Shown here: one piece after another, positions 61,176-64,000 of the stretch | How positions within the stretch are numbered: position 1 is the first letter of the stretch | Layout of the letters: each line of letters starts with the position of its first letter | Origin: Candidatus Multivoradales bacterium | GTDB taxonomy: Bacteria; Acidobacteriota; Thermoanaerobaculia; Multivoradales; JAHEKO01 | Direction of reading: 5' to 3' | Assembly (NCBI GenBank): GCA_965223155.1 | Contig: CBDCVR010000013.1 | Coordinates: forward strand, 448,001-512,000 | Length of the DNA: 64,000 nucleotides | Translations under genes and position numbers: made by a program | The notes under the pieces: generated by a model | Seen by the model: only the letters and a program-made list of their open reading frames with translations | What the model was told of the DNA's origin: nothing | Database searches by the model: none

Positions 61176-62347
61176 GAGGCCTCGATTGTACGGTCGGCCG
61201 CCGGGACCGTCGACCGCGAGCCGCTGTCCCCTCCGCGCATCAGCCGCCGGAGCTGTCCGCAGGCGGCGTCGTTGTCCAGCCCCCGGCTTTCGCGCAGGTG
61301 GACGTTCACACCCCGACCACGCAGGATCTCGAGGAAGGCGTGGGCGCGGGCCCGGTCTGGGCGGGCGAAGTCGAGGCCCGCCACCGAGTTATGGAGCATC
61401 AGGTTGACGTGGGCGCGCAGCTCGCGGGCGATGCGGGCGAGGCCAGCGGCATCCGCCGGGCCGTCGTTGACGTCGCCCAGAAGGCAGTACTCGAGCGTCA
61501 CCTCGCGACCGGTGGTCTCGAAATAGAGCTTGCAGGCCCGGACCAGTTCCGCCACCGATAAGGTCTCGGCCCAGGGAATGAGCTCACGGCGCAGCTCGTC
61601 GGTGACCGCGTGCAGGCTGAGCGCCAGGGTCACCTGGAGACGCTCGGCGGCCAGGCGCTCGATCTGCTTGGGCAGTCCCACCGTGCTCACCGTGATTCGC
61701 CGCTGGCCGATGCCCAGTCCCCAAGGCGCATTCAAGCGGCGAACCGCGGCCACGGTATTACGAAAATTGGCCAGCGGCTCGCCCATTCCCATGAAGACGA
61801 CGTGGGTGAGAGCCTCCTCCCGCTCGGCCAGGAGGTCGTTCAGGACCAGGGCCTGTTCCAGAATCTCCCCGACCGTGAGGTTGCGCACGACGCCGCCCAG
61901 GCCGCTGGCGCAAAACCGGCAGCCCACGCCACAGCCCACCTGGGTGCTCACACAAGCGGTCCGGCGCCGACCTCGGGGGGCCGGAATCATCACCGATTCG
62001 GTCGTTGCTCCGTCCGCCCACTCCAACAGGATCTTGGTCGTGCCTCCGGGAGCGATCGAGCTGGCCACGAGCCTGGCGGTCCGGATATCCCAGGCCTCGG
62101 ACAGGCGCGTTCTGAGCGGCTTACCCAGGTCGGTCATGGCCTCGAAGCACCGGGCCCGCCGCCGGAAGGCCCACTCCAGAATGCTCTGGGCTCGATAGGC
62201 GGGCTCGCCCCATGCCGCCAGCGCCGGCGCCAGCTCGGCTGGGGTCAGATCAAGAAGATGGAGCCGGTCGGCGTCCGCCAAGCTAGACCGCACCTTGCAA
62301 CGGGACTCGAGTCCCGAGATCGCAAGTCCTTGACGAGGCCCGGCCAC
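61172..62347 (-). CDS. rlmN: Dual-specificity RNA methyltransferase RlmN
   Basis: CVSTQVGCGVGCRFCASG, MGMGEP, ITVSTVG, SLHA, AACGQL. The true start may be GTG 62293. Confidence 0.95.
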   Translation of the reverse strand: MAGPRQGLAISGLESRCKVRSSLADADRLHLLDLTPAELAPALAAWGEPAYRAQSILEWAFRRRARCFEAMTDLGKPLRTRLSEAWDIRTARLVASSIAPGGTTKILLEWADGATTESVMIPAPRGRRRTACVSTQVGCGVGCRFCASGLGGVVRNLTVGEILEQALVLNDLLAEREEALTHVVFMGMGEPLANFRNTVAAVRRLNAPWGLGIGQRRITVSTVGLPKQIERLAAERLQVTLALSLHAVTDELRRELIPWAETLSVAELVRACKLYFETTGREVTLEYCLLGDVNDGPADAAGLARIARELRAHVNLMLHNSVAGLDFARPDRARAHAFLEILRGRGVNVHLRESRGLDNDAACGQLRRLMRGGDSGSRSTVPAADRTIEAS

Positions 62348-62432
62348 GCCGGAGATGGCCCCATGCCGCCGGGGACCCTCTGGGCGACAAGGCGTTGCGG
62401 CGCGTAACCGCCTGGACTTCGACCACGGCCTG

Positions 62433-63434
62433 TTAGAGCTCGGCCAGGAGCCCGATCAGGTCCACGACCCGGTTCGAGTAGCCCCACTCGTTGTCGTACC
62501 AGGACAGCACACGGGCGAAGCCGTCACCCCGGGTGGCGGTCGACAGTGCATCGAAGATCGATGAGTGCGCGTTGCCGATGACGTCCGAGGAGACTAGGGC
62601 GTCCTCACTGTACTGAATGATGTCGCTCATCGGACCCGCGGCCGCTTCGCGAACTGCCGCATTGATCTCGTCGCGACTGGGCTGGGCGTCGAGCCGCACC
62701 ACCAGATCCACGATCGATCCGTCCGGCACCGGCACCCGCATCGCCAATCCGTCCAGCCGGCCTTCCAGATGAGGCAGCACCTTCCCCACCGCCCGGGCGG
62801 CGCCCGTGGAGGTCGGGATCACGTTCTCGGCCGCCGCCCGGCTGCGCCGGATACTGCGATGGGGAACGTCGGCCAGCCGCTGGTCGTTGGTGTAAGCGTG
62901 AACCGTGGTGATGAAGCCCTCCTGGAGGCCGAAGGTCTCGTCCAGAACCTTTGCCAGAGGCGCCAGGCAGTTGGTCGTGCAGGAGGCGTTCGAGACGATA
63001 CGGTGTTCCGCGGACAGGCTCTCCTGGTTGACTCCCAGGACGATCATGGCATCGATCGCGTCCTTGGGCGGCACGGTCAGAATGACCCGCCGCGCACCCG
63101 CCGTCAGGTGCCCCTCCAGGGACTCGCGGTTGCGGAAGACCCCGGTGGACTCGACTACGATGTCCACGCCGTGCTCGGCCCACGGGATGCCGCTCGGATC
63201 GCGCTCGGCGGTCATCGCCACCCGAGCGCCATCCACGGTCATCCACGCCTCGTCCACCTCGACCGGCTTCTCGAACGGCCCCATGACTGTGTCGAAGCGC
63301 AACAGATAGGCAAGCTGCTCGTTGTCGAAGAGATCGTTGATCGCCACCACGTCGATGTCCGGCCGCTCGGCCAGTACCCGAAACACGCTACGCCCGATGC
63401 GGCCGAAGCCGTTGATCCCGACCCGAACGCTCAT
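62433..63434 (-). CDS. gap: Type I glyceraldehyde-3-phosphate dehydrogenase
   Basis: GINGFGRIGR, SNASCTTNCL, VHAYT, IPTSTGAA, AMRVP, WYDNEWGY. Confidence 0.98.
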   Translation of the reverse strand: MSVRVGINGFGRIGRSVFRVLAERPDIDVVAINDLFDNEQLAYLLRFDTVMGPFEKPVEVDEAWMTVDGARVAMTAERDPSGIPWAEHGVDIVVESTGVFRNRESLEGHLTAGARRVILTVPPKDAIDAMIVLGVNQESLSAEHRIVSNASCTTNCLAPLAKVLDETFGLQEGFITTVHAYTNDQRLADVPHRSIRRSRAAAENVIPTSTGAARAVGKVLPHLEGRLDGLAMRVPVPDGSIVDLVVRLDAQPSRDEINAAVREAAAGPMSDIIQYSEDALVSSDVIGNAHSSIFDALSTATRGDGFARVLSWYDNEWGYSNRVVDLIGLLAEL

Positions 63435-64000
63435 CGGTTCCCTCCGGCCACTTCGGTCAGGCGTTGCACCAAGTCCACCACCCGGTGGGCGTAGCCCCAG
63501 CCGTTGTCGTACCAGGACAGGGTCTTCGAGACCCGGTCCCCCAGGGTCATCGTGGCCAACGAGTCGAAGGTGCTCGAGTACGGGCTGTGCACGATGTCGC
63601 TGGACACGATCGGTGAGTTCTCGTAGCAGACCACGTCGCGCCAGTGGCTGGCGGCTGCGGTGCGCACGACCTCATTGACGGCGGTTTCGGTCACCGCTTG
63701 CTCATGCCAGCAGACCAGGTCCACGACCGATCCGTTCGGAACCGGCACGTTGATCGCCCGCGCCGTCAACCGATCGCCCAGATCGGGCAGCAGCTCGCCA
63801 ATCACGTCGGCAGCGTTGGTCTCCTGCGGAATGATGTTCTCAGCCGCGGCACGTCCCCGGCGCGGGTCCTCGGAGGCAACGTCGGCCAGCCGCTGCTGAT
63901 TGGAATAGGCGTGGACGCTCGAGATGAAAGCCCGCTCGACACCGAAAGCGTCCCCGAGAATCTTCAGAATCGGAGCAGCGCAGTGGGCCGTGCAGGAACC
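63431..64000 (-). CDS. Divergent GAPDH-like paralog, partial (5' end outside the window)
   Basis: Frame open from 64000: GSCTAHCAAPILKIL...VHAYSNQQRLADV...AAAENIIPQETNAA...AINVPVPNGS...WYDNGWGY; stop overlaps the gap ATG. Confidence 0.9.
   Translation of the reverse strand, partial: GSCTAHCAAPILKILGDAFGVERAFISSVHAYSNQQRLADVASEDPRRGRAAAENIIPQETNAADVIGELLPDLGDRLTARAINVPVPNGSVVDLVCWHEQAVTETAVNEVVRTAAASHWRDVVCYENSPIVSSDIVHSPYSSTFDSLATMTLGDRVSKTLSWYDNGWGYAHRVVDLVQRLTEVAGGNR

Noticed and set aside
34534-64000. Arsenic pathway linking DUF2064 and the extra GAPDH
   Set aside because: The genes are about 28 kb apart, and no arsJ, arsM, arsS or arsR is in the window.

Overview
High-GC (roughly two-thirds G+C by eye) bacterial chromosome segment. 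Gene content (VWA/TPR pair, PQQ-propeller esterase, TonB/FecR/ECF, tandem gap) suggests Acidobacteriota, but this is inference. Housekeeping genes (secA, guaB, tsaE, nnr, trxA, ribF, rimO, modABC, asnS, rnc, mutL, rlmN, gap) are interleaved with accessory loci. No rRNA, tRNA, CRISPR array or transposase was recognised. The best candidate for an undescribed system is a translationally coupled three-gene operon (26082-30012): a glutaminase-less asparagine-synthetase-like ligase, a radical SAM enzyme resembling archaeal archaeosine RaSEA, and a flavin-dependent halogenase-like protein. Other highlights: a selenocysteine formate dehydrogenase split by the ORF caller, with a clear SECIS; a duplicated putative ECF promoter CGAAGGATT-N12-GCATCCAA; a secreted-protein operon with an unrecognised domain family; several pseudo-enzyme domains; a divergent GAPDH paralog; a 1-nt frameshift in ribF; small coupled uORFs; and signs of leaderless transcripts. 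All family calls come from motif recognition by eye; no searches were run.
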